Shown here one piece after another: positions 49,458-63,655 of a stretch of DNA of 64,000 nt (position 1 is its first letter; every line of letters begins with the position of its first letter). This DNA is from Haliotis cracherodii (taxonomy: Eukaryota): assembly GCF_022045235.1 (NCBI RefSeq), contig NW_027266275.1:17236001-17300000 (forward strand), in the 5' to 3' direction. Both the position numbers and the translations under genes were made by a program. Under the pieces are notes generated by a model that did not search any database, was not told where the DNA came from, and saw nothing but the letters and a program-made list of their open reading frames with translations.

Positions 49458-50799
49458 CTGAAAAAGTCAAGATAAAGCACAACGTCAAGAACTTTAGAGA
49501 AGAAGTGATTTCTTCATCATTTAATCTTTATCGACATAAGGTTGGAAAAGTCTGAAACATATTTGTAAATAGCGTATATTAACCTATACCACACAATTTC
49601 AGTCCCTAAAATGAATAATACCAATATTCTTATTCAAACTTAGCCGATGACTTCTAATCATGGATATAATTACTAACTCGAACCCGATTACAAATGAATT
49701 CAATTGTTGCCGATTATCAAAGGAATGGCTTCTGCAACATTTTCATTCTACCAGACAAATGCCATTACTCTCATATACTAGTGAGTAGGGTACATTCTAT
49801 AAAGAATTAATGCCGCTGTCAATACACATTACTTTGAGTAAATAGAACATTATCAATGCGATGGTCACGAGCACAAACAACTATGTTGAATAGTATTAAA
49901 CAGGTCGCCTTTGGAGAACCACATAGCAGAATGGTCGTGATGCATAATTTCAACAAAGAACCGAGGGTGATGGGTGCCCACAGAATCAGAAGGTTTATAA
50001 AATCGGAATGAATGAGCAGTAGACTTCAACATTTACATGTTTATCAACACTAAATGTATACGTTAAGTTAAAATGTATCAGAAATACTGATTTAATACTT
50101 TTTAATACTTGAACATGTGCAAGTCTTTGACTAAAGCTAATTTGCAAAGTCGAGAAGAACAGTACAAACACTTGTTAAAAATTGATCATGGTTCACGGAA
50201 TTGTCCAAAGCTTCATTAGGCATACCACTACCTTTTGATGTATGAAACAGAAGCGCTTTTCTCTCATATAACTTGTACTAATGTTGTAAATCATGCCAGA
50301 AGTCCACAACTAGCGTATGTTAGGAAGGGAAAAGGATCATCGTCAACCATTTTACTTACATTTTGAAATTATTTTCACAATTCATATGATTTAACTTAAA
50401 TTTAGCTGTAAATTTGTATGTGGAACTTTATCCCGACAAATAAGAAATTAATTGCTCATGATTATAAATAGATGCCCAGGAGAAGGCAGAATCAACATTA
50501 AAGGACCGACTATTTGATATTGGGTTGGGGGTGGGAATGGGGGTCCTGTGATTTTATGGGGGAAAAACAATTGACCCAGATAAATTAAATTCTTAAAGAT
50601 AAATATCATCTTCATCGATCAGGTGTATTCCTTGTCAAACAGAAAGGATATACGAACTCAGACATATATACATAACTGTAACTACCACTATGAAGTTCTA
50701 CCATGCCATGATGCTTCAGAGTAAACTGGACATCAACACACAGCTCACATAACAAACTCTGTTTAGTCCGTTAAAAACCTTTAAAGCTTTTGGCCTCTT

Positions 50800-50967
50800 N
50801 NNNNNNNNNNNNNNNNNNNNNNNNNNNNNNNNNNNNNNNNNNNNNNNNNNNNNNNNNNNNNNNNNNNNNNNNNNNNNNNNNNNNNNNNNNNNNNNNNNNN
50901 NNNNNNNNNNNNNNNNNNNNNNNNNNNNNNNNNNNNNNNNNNNNNNNNNNNNNNNNNNNNNNNNNNN
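50800..50967. other. Assembly gap
   Basis: Run of N. Confidence 1.
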
Positions 50968-50978
50968 AACCCACTTAC

Positions 50979-51962
50979 CTTGATCCGGTCATGCCACTCA
51001 TTTTCCTTACACTTTCGCCGATCACAGTTTGTACAAACAAGAGTGCTTATAGAATAGCCTGTACTTTGCACCCGCTGTACTGCTCTTAGGCACTTAAAAA
51101 CAGATGGTAACAGTCCATTGCACATGTAGCAGAAGATATTCTTGAACATGTACGTTCCCCCAACAACTGGGTAATAGATTCCAAGCCTACATTGTTCCTC
51201 GGTTATGTCGGAGAAAGAACCATCCCATAACCCTGTCTTGTTGCACGAGTCTACGTACTGTTGATCAGCGAAATCAGTGTCACACGGTCTTGGTAGTATA
51301 TTAGATGGAGGATGAATAAAAGCTATGCAATCTGTTGAGCTGTCATTCCTGTTTGAATGAGATGAGTTTCTCTTCCTGTGACATACATTTTCCTTTTCCC
51401 ATCTGATGATAATGTTATCGTCATGACATTCGGCGATTACTTCATTCAAGTACGTGATATTTGTTGTGATCGAAGTCACTGGAGTGAGGTCGTCTGCTGA
51501 TATCTGAGAAGCAGACGGCATTTCGAGATTGGACTCTTCCGGACATGTGGTTATTATGTAGTATCCAGTATGGGGACCAGTGAAGACATATTTTTTATTT
51601 GTTCCACTGACACAAACATGCCTGTTTTCCCTTTCCATCGTCACATTCAACCTTTCGTCTGGACAACAGTCGCCATATTCATTACAGTCAGCATCACAAC
51701 GACATGTTTTGCAGATTGGGTTGGCTGACGAGCACCCAAGGTCAACGACCTTTGTGACTGTTGTACCGTTGCAGAATACATTGCAGTGGAGAATGGACAT
51801 GCCTGTAGTCGTATTAAGAACTCCGTTCAATGACACATCTTTCACAGAGGTCAATAGGTCGTTGAGGTAGGAACCAAACACATCTACAGATGAGTCATTG
51901 CTTGTCATTTGGGTGTTTATAAAGACAAAATTACACAAGGTGATGTAGAAATGAAACTTCAT
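50979..51962 (-). CDS. GPCR copy 2, first coding exon (somatomedin-B-like ectodomain)
   Basis: Paralog of 43824-44792. Donor AAG|GTAAGT. Joined protein is 862 aa. Confidence 0.88.
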
Positions 51963-53962
51963 CCTTGTTGTCTGGAATCTAAAAGAACAAACATCCAATT
52001 AAGCCAAGGAAAAGATCAAAATAGCCATCATTTATGGATTCGTAATAACGGGGTGTGTTGCCAATCAGAACATGACACGTGATACTTTTCCTGTTCATCA
52101 GTGTATATTCGCACGAAAAACTGTATTATCAATGACTCGATGTCTTATATTTTAATTGAGGGAAATTAAGGTTTTACTACTATTCATTTGGAACTTTAAA
52201 AGATAAGATTTTCATAATATAGTCATAATATAGGTTCTTTCATACTTTCAGCAATTCCAACTGGCAAAGTGTGTTCTGTTATTACATTGTCGCGAATTTT
52301 ATCATTCTATTTGTTTCATATTTCAAATATGCTTATGTTAAGGATCAAACACATCTCCTGTTTGAAATACACACATTCACTCCATTTATGGATATTGTCA
52401 TTGCAATCCAGGGTTTCCAAAGAACAACAGCAGATATACGAATGGTTTAGCAAAAAGGAAAGTGGAGTAAGGTTGTGAACCATAACTGGAATCACCTCCT
52501 ACTCAGTTTTACTTCATAATTAAATAAATTTATTGTGGGACATGTTTAACGTTGCTTTCCAACATGCACCTTTTCCCCATAGCCATCAATATGTTACAAC
52601 AGTTTAGCAACACGTTTATATACAATAGCCGCGTGACTCATCCAATTGGAAGTCATGTGAGCATTTTTCATTCTGATGCCTTGAAAACATTGACATAGTA
52701 TAATTGAACATTCCAATGATGGTATGTTATAAACTGATATTTCCTCTTTCATAACCATCTTTAACAATAAATAACTGTTTTCCTAACCTATGACAGGCTG
52801 TAGGTATTACATATAGTATTACAAGCTGCTTATTTAGCAAATGTACATTTCTCTAACTGAAATTACTTGTACTAGTCCGAGCAAATAGAATATGGTTATA
52901 ACGTAGTTCGTTTCGCATGGGTGACTACGAGTTTCTGCTACACGTGTTGCCCAGCGTATATAGTTGACCTAGTTTAGGTGCCCTTATAACAAAATGAGAT
53001 GGATGTCTTTGACAATATTATACTCTATGAAAGTTCAAATGAACAAAAACACTCAACAAAACTGTAATCATTTTTACCTTATTCTGCTGCGCTTGTCGCC
53101 TCTGCCCGCCTGCGGCAGCCTGCCAGTTCGACCGTTACACAGTTGAATTATTCATATCTTGCCTCATCACGCCAACAACGCATCAACACTCAGTGATAAT
53201 GTCAGTCGAAAGGTCATTTACAATTGCCACTCAGTACTTAAATGATAAATATATCTCTTTTATGCCCCTTTTAGTTGGATAAGGAGGGCCGTGGCGTATC
53301 TAATAAAGCACTAATAGTATAAAACCATCCACGCATACATACAGATTAAAACGATGGTGCTGTTTTCAAAATCAAAGGCAGTAACGGTGGTTATGTCTGT
53401 TAAAATGAAAAATTCAGTAAGGGCTATAAAATACGGTCAAATATTTAAAACTCTTTATAACTTTTATTAACGTAAAATCAATTTGGAGTTGATTCTGACA
53501 TGAGCGTATGATCTTGGGTGACGAAAGACAGCTCTAGAGTCGAATTTTATATATTTTATTGTCTTAAAACACAGTGACAAATTCAAAAAGTTAAGATCAC
53601 TTTCCTCCTGGTATATACGAGAAGATATCATGATAAAGTCCAAACCTTCCATCTTTCTAGATACGTCATAACTGAGGATTCAAAATTATCTCTTGTCCTT
53701 GAGCCTGTTCGTGGTGATGAATTATCGCTTATTTACAAGAACATAATACAATTAAATGTTGATATCTTAATATGCAATGTATTATGGTCAGGAAATTCAC
53801 AATGAAGCTTTCCTGGCATTTTAGTCCAGGCGCATATTTCATTAGCCAAGTCATAACCTATCACAAATATACAGAGGTAAAGTCAATTCTAAGCACAAGA
53901 ATGTAAGTTACATCCTGTACAATAACAGATAATAAAGGTACGATAATAATTATCTAATTATA

Positions 53963-55451
53963 TACTCAATAACAAAAGTTCCCGTGACACCAATATTTAA
54001 GTGTATTTTTCAAACAAGTAAAGTTTGGTTTTCAATAGTGTTGTACATGTATGGAATCAAGTCACAAAAATGCAACTGCCACAGAAAAGCATGCATTCCA
54101 TGCAAAAGTTGACTTTTATGCAAGCCCCATGCATTTCACTACCAAAGAATGGGTATAAAAACATGTGCGTTAACGGGATTCCATATGCATTGTTTAGCAT
54201 CGTGCTGATAACAACCACTCAGAAAAACAACAAAATTACGCAATTATTCAACATTACGAAATGCCACGCCTGTCCGAAAATGGGAGTCTGCGAGCCATTG
54301 GTATGCTTGAAGCGGGCTCGAGTCACAGTGATGTTGCAAGACAGTTATACGTCCACAGAAACATCATTTGGTGTTTATTGCAACATTGGCAACAGACAAA
54401 TACAGTCAGAGACCATCCTCGGAGTGGCAGGTCACGCGTAACCAATAATCGACAAGACAACTGGATTCGAACGACACACCTACGAAATCGATTCCAACAG
54501 TGACTGCAAGAAGCATCCCTTGCCTTCGACGAATATCTTCACAAACCGTACGTCGTCGCCTCAGATGTGCAGGGATTGTCGCCAGTAGACCCTCTAGACG
54601 TGCCATTTTGACAGGAAACCACCGTCAAGCACGTTTACAGTGGTGCAGACAGCGTCTACGCTGGACGGCCATGCAGTGGGGACAAGTTCTATTCACTGAC
54701 GAGTCTCGTTTTTACCTCAGTCACAGCCACAGGATTCGAGTGTACCGATGTCGAGGTGAACGTTAAGTCAATCATTGTGTCATGGAAGAAGATCGGTTCG
54801 GGGGCGGCAGCGTTATGATATGGGGTGGGATTACAGCAAGACAGAGGACCCTTTTGATAGTGGTAGAGGGAAATCTCAATGGACAGCGCTACCGCCACGA
54901 GATCATTGGCCCTGTTGGTCTGCCGTTGTTGCGTCGTCAAGGCCCAGGTATTACCTTTCAACATGACAACGCGCGGTCTCCTATTGCTCGACTTGTTCAG
55001 GACTTTCTTCAACAAAACAACGTGAATGTCATCCCCTGGCCAGCTCGCTCCCCTGATCTCTCACCAATTGAGCACATGTGGGATGAGAGGGATCGGCGCC
55101 TTCGACGTCAACCAAGTGTTCCACAGACATTCAAGGAACTTCGAACCATGCTCCAGCAGATATGAACAGATATTCCACAGGACTTTGTGCGACGACTGGT
55201 CCATTCCATGAGACGAAGATGTGTTGCTTGCATCGCAACCACACACACGCTACTGATTTGTAACTTGACATTTTGGCATGTTCATGTGTTTTTTTTATGA
55301 AATCAGTATGAGTCAGTATGGCAAATTAAACCTTTTAAACACTTACAAGAGTCTTTTATCTGTTGAAAACCGAAATTGTTTCAGATTTGGTAAAAAACAT
55401 AACTTTGCATTAAATCTTATTCAATGTCACAAGCACTTTTGTTGTTCAGTA
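53963..55451 (+). mobile_element. Tc1-family DNA transposon (DD34E), transposase pseudogenised
   Basis: Imperfect TIRs TACTCAATAACAAAAGTTCCCGTGACA / TGTCACAAGCACTTTTGTTGTTCAGTA with TA flanks. Transposase fragments MPRLS..., FTDESRF, FQHDNARS, SPDLSPIEHMW, with 34 residues between D and E, broken by stops and frameshifts. Confidence 0.92.
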
Positions 55452-57039
55452 TATATTTAAGGATTGACTGTGGATTATTTTCGGTTCATTGAGGTATGAA
55501 TCGAAACACTGATGTGCAAACTGTATGAATCCGCATAGCGGATTCTTATGAAAGTTTGCATGATTATAATTCAATTCGACAACGAAGACATGTGTTATCT
55601 ACAATAGTTTAACCAAGAAAGTCAGTGGCCAATCAACGGAGAGTAGGATCAAAACAAAGTTCATAGGATCTGTAAATCAAGGCAAGAGGCGAGAAGAACT
55701 GCAACAGTCAGACAGTAACAAACCGGAAGAAATATGTCCGGGAGAAGGCGAATGTTTGAAATGACAAGGTTAGTCAACGCCAGATTCAAACATTAGTTCC
55801 CTGAGTACGGGAAGACACACTTCGAAAAATACGGGTTAGAAATGAAATCCGAAAGATATGTTAAACCCAGTCGAGTAGGAAACAAACAGGCGAGCGAGCC
55901 TGCACGGTTGCTGTAGTATTCCTTCTCGGCCTTCGGTCTCAAAGAGTAGTTTGGACAATGAATATGCACGAGTTTCGTTAAATGCCCTGTGCATGACGAT
56001 ACACGTTAGCAGAAAGGGAATTCCCTCGGCTGTAATATTGGGATTCCCAGACATTCCGTAGTGATAAACGTAGTCCGCTTCGGTGGGCGTGGCCTAATTC
56101 TTTACATTCATTGGGAAATGAAAACAGTAACACTTGACCAGTTCACCTAATTAGAATGCAGGAATTCCAATGAACACAACGAAAATTTAATTATTATACA
56201 CGTAATTGCATAACATAACCCATGAACCATGTTCAGCGCAAAATATTTAGACGTGAAACTAATACAGTAATAAAAATTGACGATTTTTCAACAATAAACA
56301 AATAGTATGATTTCTGTGAACATACTATAGTCGCATTTGAGCACAGGGAGGGTGAGTGTGTTGGGAGGGGGTGGGGGCAGCTTTATGTCTGTGATATGAA
56401 TGTGGCCAGGAGAGAATTCGAAGAATAGGCTCAACAGAATGCACAGTGCAGTCGTACCTAGTTTAAAGGATGACGAGAAAACGCCCTAATCACTGTGCTA
56501 CTCTTACATGGTCCGAGATAAACTTCTCTTTTGCGGTGAACCATTTACACTCCATGGACCATGAGCCAACAGCTGACACGTATTTGGTTTCTCCTTAGTT
56601 TCTACATAGTTCACACGACGACAAAAAAATTGTTTTATTACAAATATTTGAGCGAGTGAAATTTTTTCGAAATTAATTTTGAAATTTTAAAAAAAAAATC
56701 ATATGTGGTTGTCGGTGTATACAGTACCGTCACGTGTTTTCGGTCGACATATGTTTCCGCTCGGCCCTTTTGAATCAAGCTACAAAACGTAAGTTATTGA
56801 ACACAATTGAGAACTATATTGGTTTGAAACAGAGATCATTAACTCACCACTAAGAAAACCTGTATTAGAAAGGTTTTAATGCTGTCAAAGTTATAGATCT
56901 GATTGGTGCTGATATCGGCTATCAGGAAATCACATAACCATCACGTGATAAAATGTATGGAAAGGCAGTGGGACCATCTCTTATATCATGCGTACTTTCT
57001 GTGGATATATTCATGTTTTACGTTAATGTCATGATAGTT

Positions 57040-58750
57040 TTAGTTTTAGTTTTTAGGGCTCCATCAGATCAGGGAAGGGCAATTATCGGCAATATCCACC
57101 AGAACGTATGGACAAAGCTTATCAGGCCGTCAAGGGTAGGCGGGGAATGGCTCAAAAGTGCAGGAAGACAGTTTTCGATGCCCTATTCGTCTCTTCGCGA
57201 TCGACTTTGTGGAGCAGTGTCTGTTGAATGTGTGAGATCGGGACTCAATGCGTTATTATCCCAAGAGATGTAGAGATGATATCTGCTTTTGAGTATGGCT
57301 ACTCTGGCATAAGTTACAGCTTTAGCCACCGATCTTGCCGTCTGTTTAGGCAAGAAACCAAAAGATGACAACCCTCTTTCACTTCTGTGGTTTTACAGTT
57401 TTCCTAAGATATGGCCAGAACTTTGAGAGCAGAAGCCCCACTCTTTGGAGATCATGAGAGCAAAGGCCACATCGGAAAAGACTGTGAACGCCCATTTTGA
57501 CGAACTCGAGCAGCTCCTGGATAAGTACAACCTAAGAGGCAGACCTCAGTCGATTTATAACATTGAAAGGATAGTGCAGAGCCACACTACTCCCCGTGTA
57601 GTTTCCGACGCCATGGTTGCTGTCACAATGCCTAGGTCCAACACAACGACTGTATTAGGATTCGGAAGCGAACTTTGAATGACGGTACCCCCCCCCCCCC
57701 CCCTACTTCGTGTTTGAGGGGTGAACTTTTGACAGGATGTACTCCCGGTTCTTCAGGCACCGTCAGTGAAACAGGTTGGTCCTGAGAATCTCTTCAGCAA
57801 GTGCTGTGTTGAGGCTACAGCAGATAATCCATTCCTGGTTCTTTCTGATGGCCATAAATCACATGTAGCTGTCACTTATGGAGTGGGCATGGGAAAAGCA
57901 CATAATTCTCTTCATCTTGCCAGCGCATACACCTATGGACGTTGGATGCTTGGCCTTTGCAGAGAATTTACAACGGCCTCAGACACAAATTCATCAGGGA
58001 ACATGTAAGGTCTGGTATTGACAGATATTCAATATGCGAAGTTGCATGTAGTGCTTACTGTGCCGCCCTCTCACCAGTGAGTCTGCAGTCTGCGGGCATA
58101 TACCCGTTAAACAGGGATGTAGATAAACAGAGCACATTTCTTCCATCAACTGTAGAGTGTTGAGACGTCTACTATATGTACACCTTCCACAACGACTATT
58201 TCCTCAGGTGACAACGTCGACGTCAGTACCACCAGGTGTACCAGGTGTCTACAGAAACGCTGAACACGTTCTGACAACAGATCCTAAGCCCACAACAAAA
58301 AGGTCCTGAGTTCGGTTGTTGAAGGAAAAGCTATAACGGAGGACAATATCTTGGCCAAGATAGTGGCACATTGAGAGAAAGCCAAAATATTAAATCAACA
58401 CCAGTGACATGTACATATAAGTCCAGAAAGTTTACGACTTCTACTGTTCGAAGGAATATCCCGCCCACTTTACCGACTCCGGGAACTTCTGGTGTCATTA
58501 GCACGGCAGTCCTTGATGCAGACTTGATAGATACAGAAGAATCATATAATGATGTGAGTGCACTTTGATGCAACTGCAAAAAATGGCAACCAGAAGAGGT
58601 ACGACAATGTACATCGCTCATATTTTCTAAATGGGCACAATGCACCACCCCAATGTTCACATTGGACGCATCTGATCTATTGCACGACTGTCAGATGTGT
58701 GAGACGAAATGCATAGTTTTGGTGTCCCTGTCACGATGAGCCAGAGGAGT
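57040..58750 (+). mobile_element. Decayed pogo/Tigger-like transposase (HTH-psq, DDE_1, C-terminal PHD-like Cys motif)
   Basis: Fragments AGRQFSMPYSSLRDRL, FDELEQLLDKYNL..PQSIYN, LVLSDGHKSH, AGIYPLN, WAQC...HW.H. Many frameshifts; element ends not defined. Confidence 0.72.
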
Positions 58751-59386
58751 GATGTGCATTGTAATTGTGTAAATATTTTGTGTAATGATTCAATTATTTA
58801 AATGTGGACACTTTTTTCACCCGGAGTTAACTTGATTGATGTCGTTTTGTGATGGGGATTCCCTCACTGTGCATATGACAAGCTTGTGTGAGGCTCAGTG
58901 GACGTAAATAGCCAGCCAATGAGGCGAGCGAAAGCATATGACGTCATTCCAAAGTGTCATGTCCGCACTCGGAACTTCGGAAGCGATCGATACTTTCGCA
59001 TCATGTACTTTCTCATTAAACATTTGAATAAGAACATTGACCATATTAACAAGTACGTACCATATAATAACTGTTCTAATATGCGTTTGTACTTTATGAG
59101 CACGTGTGTCTTATCAGAGCGAAAACTGATGACGCAAGGATATGCACTACGAATGTCAATGTCACGATACGAGATCGGGTATAACGAACCACGTATTTTA
59201 TGAACTCAATTCCTATCTCCGTGTTTCAGAAGGTTTTGTTCATGTCATTAGCCAAGTTTGGATTGTAACACTATGTTTCAACATTTCCCTTTGAATTAAT
59301 TTAATCTCTTTTCGGATGCTTCTTCAGGTTTTCTTTCATTCCTTCATTCTCAATCAGTTGCAATAACGGGCATTTCGCCTTATTGT

Positions 59387-60997
59387 TCAAAAATGAGTAT
59401 TCCTCGTTTGATTAGGAGATTGACTGTCGGCAGTTGGGATGTATTTGTTAATTTTGTCTCTCCACAGTTGAAGAACCCTTTTATTTGCAACATAGGAGAT
59501 GAAGATGAAGGTCCCTTGACCGGCGTTCAGGACGATGGAGATGAAAATGAGGACTTGCTGCTGGAGAACGTCACCGAGGACTGCCAGGATCCAAAAGATC
59601 CCTGTCAGTGTGGATAATTTAATGTAGATGTGCACCTGACGCTTCTCAGCCCCAATACTTGCGCTCATTTTGTTGATCTTGGCCATCGTCCACACACTGA
59701 CGCTGAAGAAACTGATGTTCAAGATGAGTACGACACCTAGAGGAGCCACAAGAGCAACAGCTACAAGAAATGACGTATTCAGGTAGCACATGGTTACACC
59801 ATAGCCGATATGGCTTCCTGAAGAAACGCCGAGATTTGAAAATATGGTAATGAGAACAATGATCAGAGACAATCCATTGGCATAGAGGGAGTATTTCAGA
59901 AGACGACTACGATGACTTTGGGTACCGATCGGTTTTGCAGAATCGACTACGAAGACATGGAACATGTGATAGGAACAGACGTTCATCCAAAATATAACTG
60001 TGAGCCACAAGTAATGTATGAGAACTCCAATTATTTTGCAAGCAGTTTCATCTCGGATGGCAACATCTTTAAACAGAAGCAGCAACTGAGCCAAGAAGAG
60101 AAACCCCACCAGACACATCGTATTCTTCGTGGGCAGGGTGAGAAGGGAAGGGAATGTGCAGTAGGTGATGAAGGTCAAGGCCAAACAGATTAAGGACAGA
60201 ATGGAGAAGACTAGTGATAAAATATGTTCAGCCAGTTTGACTGGATCTTGGTAGTTTGAATACAACTCTTTCATCGTGTCCACGCATATAATTATTAAAT
60301 TTTGTTCGTCCATTTTAATGAATTTATCGAACTGTATTGTTATACCCACATACTGAAGAGTGATAGACGCATCAGTGTTCCAGTTAAATTCATTCACGGA
60401 GAGGTACACATACGAACAATGTGGCAAAACAGAAGGATAGTAAACATAATCTTCGGGCGTTTCCACATACTCCGACGGAAGGCTGTCCAACATCTCGGCT
60501 TTCTGTGGATTAGTGTAGGGAGGATGCATCTTGTATAACTGTCTCTTTGAATAAGTATAAAAATCATCCTTAGACGGCGTGAACTGAAACTCCGAACCAT
60601 TATACTCCATCGACCAATTATCCTCCAATAACGCAACTATAGTTTCTTCAAATGTATCCCGACAACAGGTTTGGTTTGTCCTGAACGTCAATGTCAGTCC
60701 AAAGGATGGCACATTGACAAATCTGGCACTATTGGCAATGTCAGTGTACACAGGCTTTTCAACAGAAAACATATAATAGGTCAGATTGTACTTCTCGGCA
60801 ACTAATGGTATGTTACGGAGAACCAATAGCTCTGTGAAATTCCAGTCCATCAGCCTTGGGTCGGATGTATTTTTTTCCGTTGGTCGAAAGAGGACCGCAA
60901 TCGTGTACTCAACTCTGGAGAGTCCGACAGCTGTTAATTGACATTTTTCACCCTTCAGACGGTACCCCGAGCGACAGTACATGGCACGGCACTCGTT
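59387..60997 (-). CDS. GPCR copy 3, last exon (upstream exon lies beyond the window)
   Basis: Paralog of copies 1 and 2. Acceptor TTTTTTTCAG|AAC. Confidence 0.9.
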   Translation of the reverse strand, partial: NECRAMYCRSGYRLKGEKCQLTAVGLSRVEYTIAVLFRPTEKNTSDPRLMDWNFTELLVLRNIPLVAEKYNLTYYMFSVEKPVYTDIANSARFVNVPSFGLTLTFRTNQTCCRDTFEETIVALLEDNWSMEYNGSEFQFTPSKDDFYTYSKRQLYKMHPPYTNPQKAEMLDSLPSEYVETPEDYVYYPSVLPHCSYVYLSVNEFNWNTDASITLQYVGITIQFDKFIKMDEQNLIIICVDTMKELYSNYQDPVKLAEHILSLVFSILSLICLALTFITYCTFPSLLTLPTKNTMCLVGFLFLAQLLLLFKDVAIRDETACKIIGVLIHYLWLTVIFWMNVCSYHMFHVFVVDSAKPIGTQSHRSRLLKYSLYANGLSLIIVLITIFSNLGVSSGSHIGYGVTMCYLNTSFLVAVALVAPLGVVLILNISFFSVSVWTMAKINKMSASIGAEKRQVHIYIKLSTLTGIFWILAVLGDVLQQQVLIFISIVLNAGQGTFIFISYVANKRVLQLWRDKINKYIPTADSQSPNQTRNTHF

Positions 60998-62266
60998 CTG
61001 AAAAAAATTATAAGATTTAATTTCAGGAGATAGATAGATGCTGTAAATTACGTTTATTGACGAAATTATTTTGTTCCTTCCAATCTTTGAAAAACCGTTT
61101 ATGAGAACAAAACATGCTAAAATAGATGTATAGTAAGTATTTGTTTAAGTGAAATGTATTGACTTCTTTTACAAATTTAGATTTATAACTGGTACCAACA
61201 GTTTACCCACTGATATTCATCAATGTGTAATTTGTGGTAAGTAGCTAATAACGGTGAGATCTTGTGCAGCTCGAAAGGGCCCTTTTCATGACACGCGTTC
61301 ATTATAATAAGGAAATGTTTCAATAATCAATTGCACCAAAACATACCTACAAGTGCCCATTTTCATATATCGTTCTTTAAAATTGTAGAATATTTGAAAT
61401 TTTAATAAAAACATATTTAAGGGAACCCAAATTTAAATGGCCGGTAAGGTTTTTTCAGACATCGTATTTTCATACACTGGCTACTGCAACTATTTCATTT
61501 GACCACCAGCCGAGAGTCATTACTTGCATTTACTAAAGTAAGACGAGTTCTATGGATGAACAACTTCTTTATTACAATTAGTGCGACGTTTCGGTGTAGA
61601 TCTCAACATCTTTATCAAGCAAGTGATGAATAGTGCGAAACAACATAGATATATATACTTATTAACATCACATTTTATACTGTAAATGATTGATGGACAC
61701 AGAGAGCTGATTCAGATAATTGGAAGCCAGTGGATGACTAATGAACACAGAGTCAACAAGCAGACTGAGATGATGGAAGCCAGTGGATTAATTGGATAAA
61801 CATTGGGATTTAGCAATTAGGTGATGGTAAGCAGGCGGGATGTTATAGCCTTGGTCTCATTGCTGGCTGGATCCTTTTGATGTAGATGGCTTCTAGGAGT
61901 TTCCTGATTTTGTAGTCTGATTGATTGTTGGCCAGCATTGATACAGTATTCCAGAGAGGCAGGACAATCTCCTCAGGCATCCTCAGGGTCAAAGGCAAGC
62001 CCCCTACATCAAAGAAAGAAGACCCTGCTGGTGCCGTATATCACATACAATGTGACTGTGGCGTCTCCTATGTAGGAGAAACCTCCAGGCCCCTACCCAT
62101 TAGAATAAAAGAACACAAGACCTCAGTACAAAAAAAATGACTCAAAATCAGCCATCTCCGACCACACCCAAACCCAACCCCACCACAACATCCAGTGGAA
62201 CAACATCAAGACCCTGGCCAACGATCAATCAGACTACAAAATCAGGAAACTCCTAGAAGCCATCTA

Positions 62267-63478
62267 AACTGACGTCTAAAAGAAACTTTACCAACCGAAA
62301 ATATAAATTTCAGACAAAGTATAATTCTTTTTCGATGAAGTCTATCTAAAACACATAACCTAAATACAACAATAGTGTATGCAAAAAATGTTAATCGTCT
62401 GTTACATGTTTGAGAGAAAACACGCGAAAAAGTGAAAAACACGTGCACCACGGACAACTGCAAATGCACGTGCAGGTAAGGGTATAAAACGATTGCAGCG
62501 GCAAGTCAGACATCCACAGTGATTAAAAAAAAAAAACACAAAAGAAATGCCACGACTCACAGTCGAACAACGTGAACGAGCCTTGTGTATGGTACAGATG
62601 GGAGCCACCCACGCCCATATTGCACGAACCTTCGGTTGTACCTGTGTTGCCGTTACCAACTTGATGCAACGTTACAGACAGACAGGGCGGACCGCTGACA
62701 GGCCAAGAACGGGCAGACCCAGGGTGACCACGCCCCATGGAGACCGGTACTTGCCCGGACTGTACAACGTTGGCAACGACGTGACTGGCAGAGGGTTGTC
62801 TTCACTGACGAAAGTCGATTCTGTATGTTTAGGGCTGATGGAAGACAACGTGTTTACCGCCGGTTGAACGAACGGCGGCTTGTTGCGTGCAGGAGGTCGT
62901 ACCATATGGTGGAGGGAGTGTCATGGTGTGGGGAGGGATCTGTGGACAGGAGGACACCGCTGGTCATCGTTGACGGAAACTTGACAGCTCAGCGTAACAT
63001 GGATAACATTCTTCGTCCAGTTGTCATACCATTTCTCCAACAGCAGCCACGTGGTGTCATTCATCAGCATGACAACGCTAGAGCCCATACAGCCAGAATT
63101 GTCACTAAGTTCCTCGCAGCCAACAACGTCAACGTCCTGCCGTGGCCTGCACGTTCCCCCATAGAACACCTCTGAGACTTGATGGATCGTCATGTTCGAC
63201 AACGACCACACTTTCCAGCCAACCGGCAAGAATTGATCTTGGCCCTCCAAGAATAATGGCGTCAAATACCACGTGACCTCATCAGACGACTGACTTTTTC
63301 TGTGCGTCGAAGAGTTTTTGCGTATATTGAGGCATTTGGTGGTATGATTGTCATTTTCAGTGTTGATTATGTTGATATATTGATCTCCTCGGTACACTTT
63401 ACATCATGGATGTATGTTGTGTTGTTTTTGAGCAAGAGTGATTTAAAACTCTGGTAAAGTTTCTTTTGGACGTCAGTT
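62267..63478 (+). mobile_element. Tc1-family DNA transposon (internally deleted pseudogene) nested in the Penelope-like element
   Basis: 27-bp TIRs AACTGACGTC(T/C)AAAAGAAACTTTACCA. Fragments MPRLTVEQRERA..., FTDESRF, HQHDNARAH, WPARSPIEHL. Confidence 0.9.
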
Positions 63479-63655
63479 AGCATCAAAAGGATCCAGCAAG
63501 CAATAAACAGAGACCAAGGCTATTACATCCCGCCTGCTTACCATCACCTAATTGCTAAATCCCTATGTCCATCCAATTAATCCACTGGCTTCCATCATCT
63601 CTATCATCTATGTTAATAAGTATATATATCTATGTTGTTTAGCACTATCCATCAC

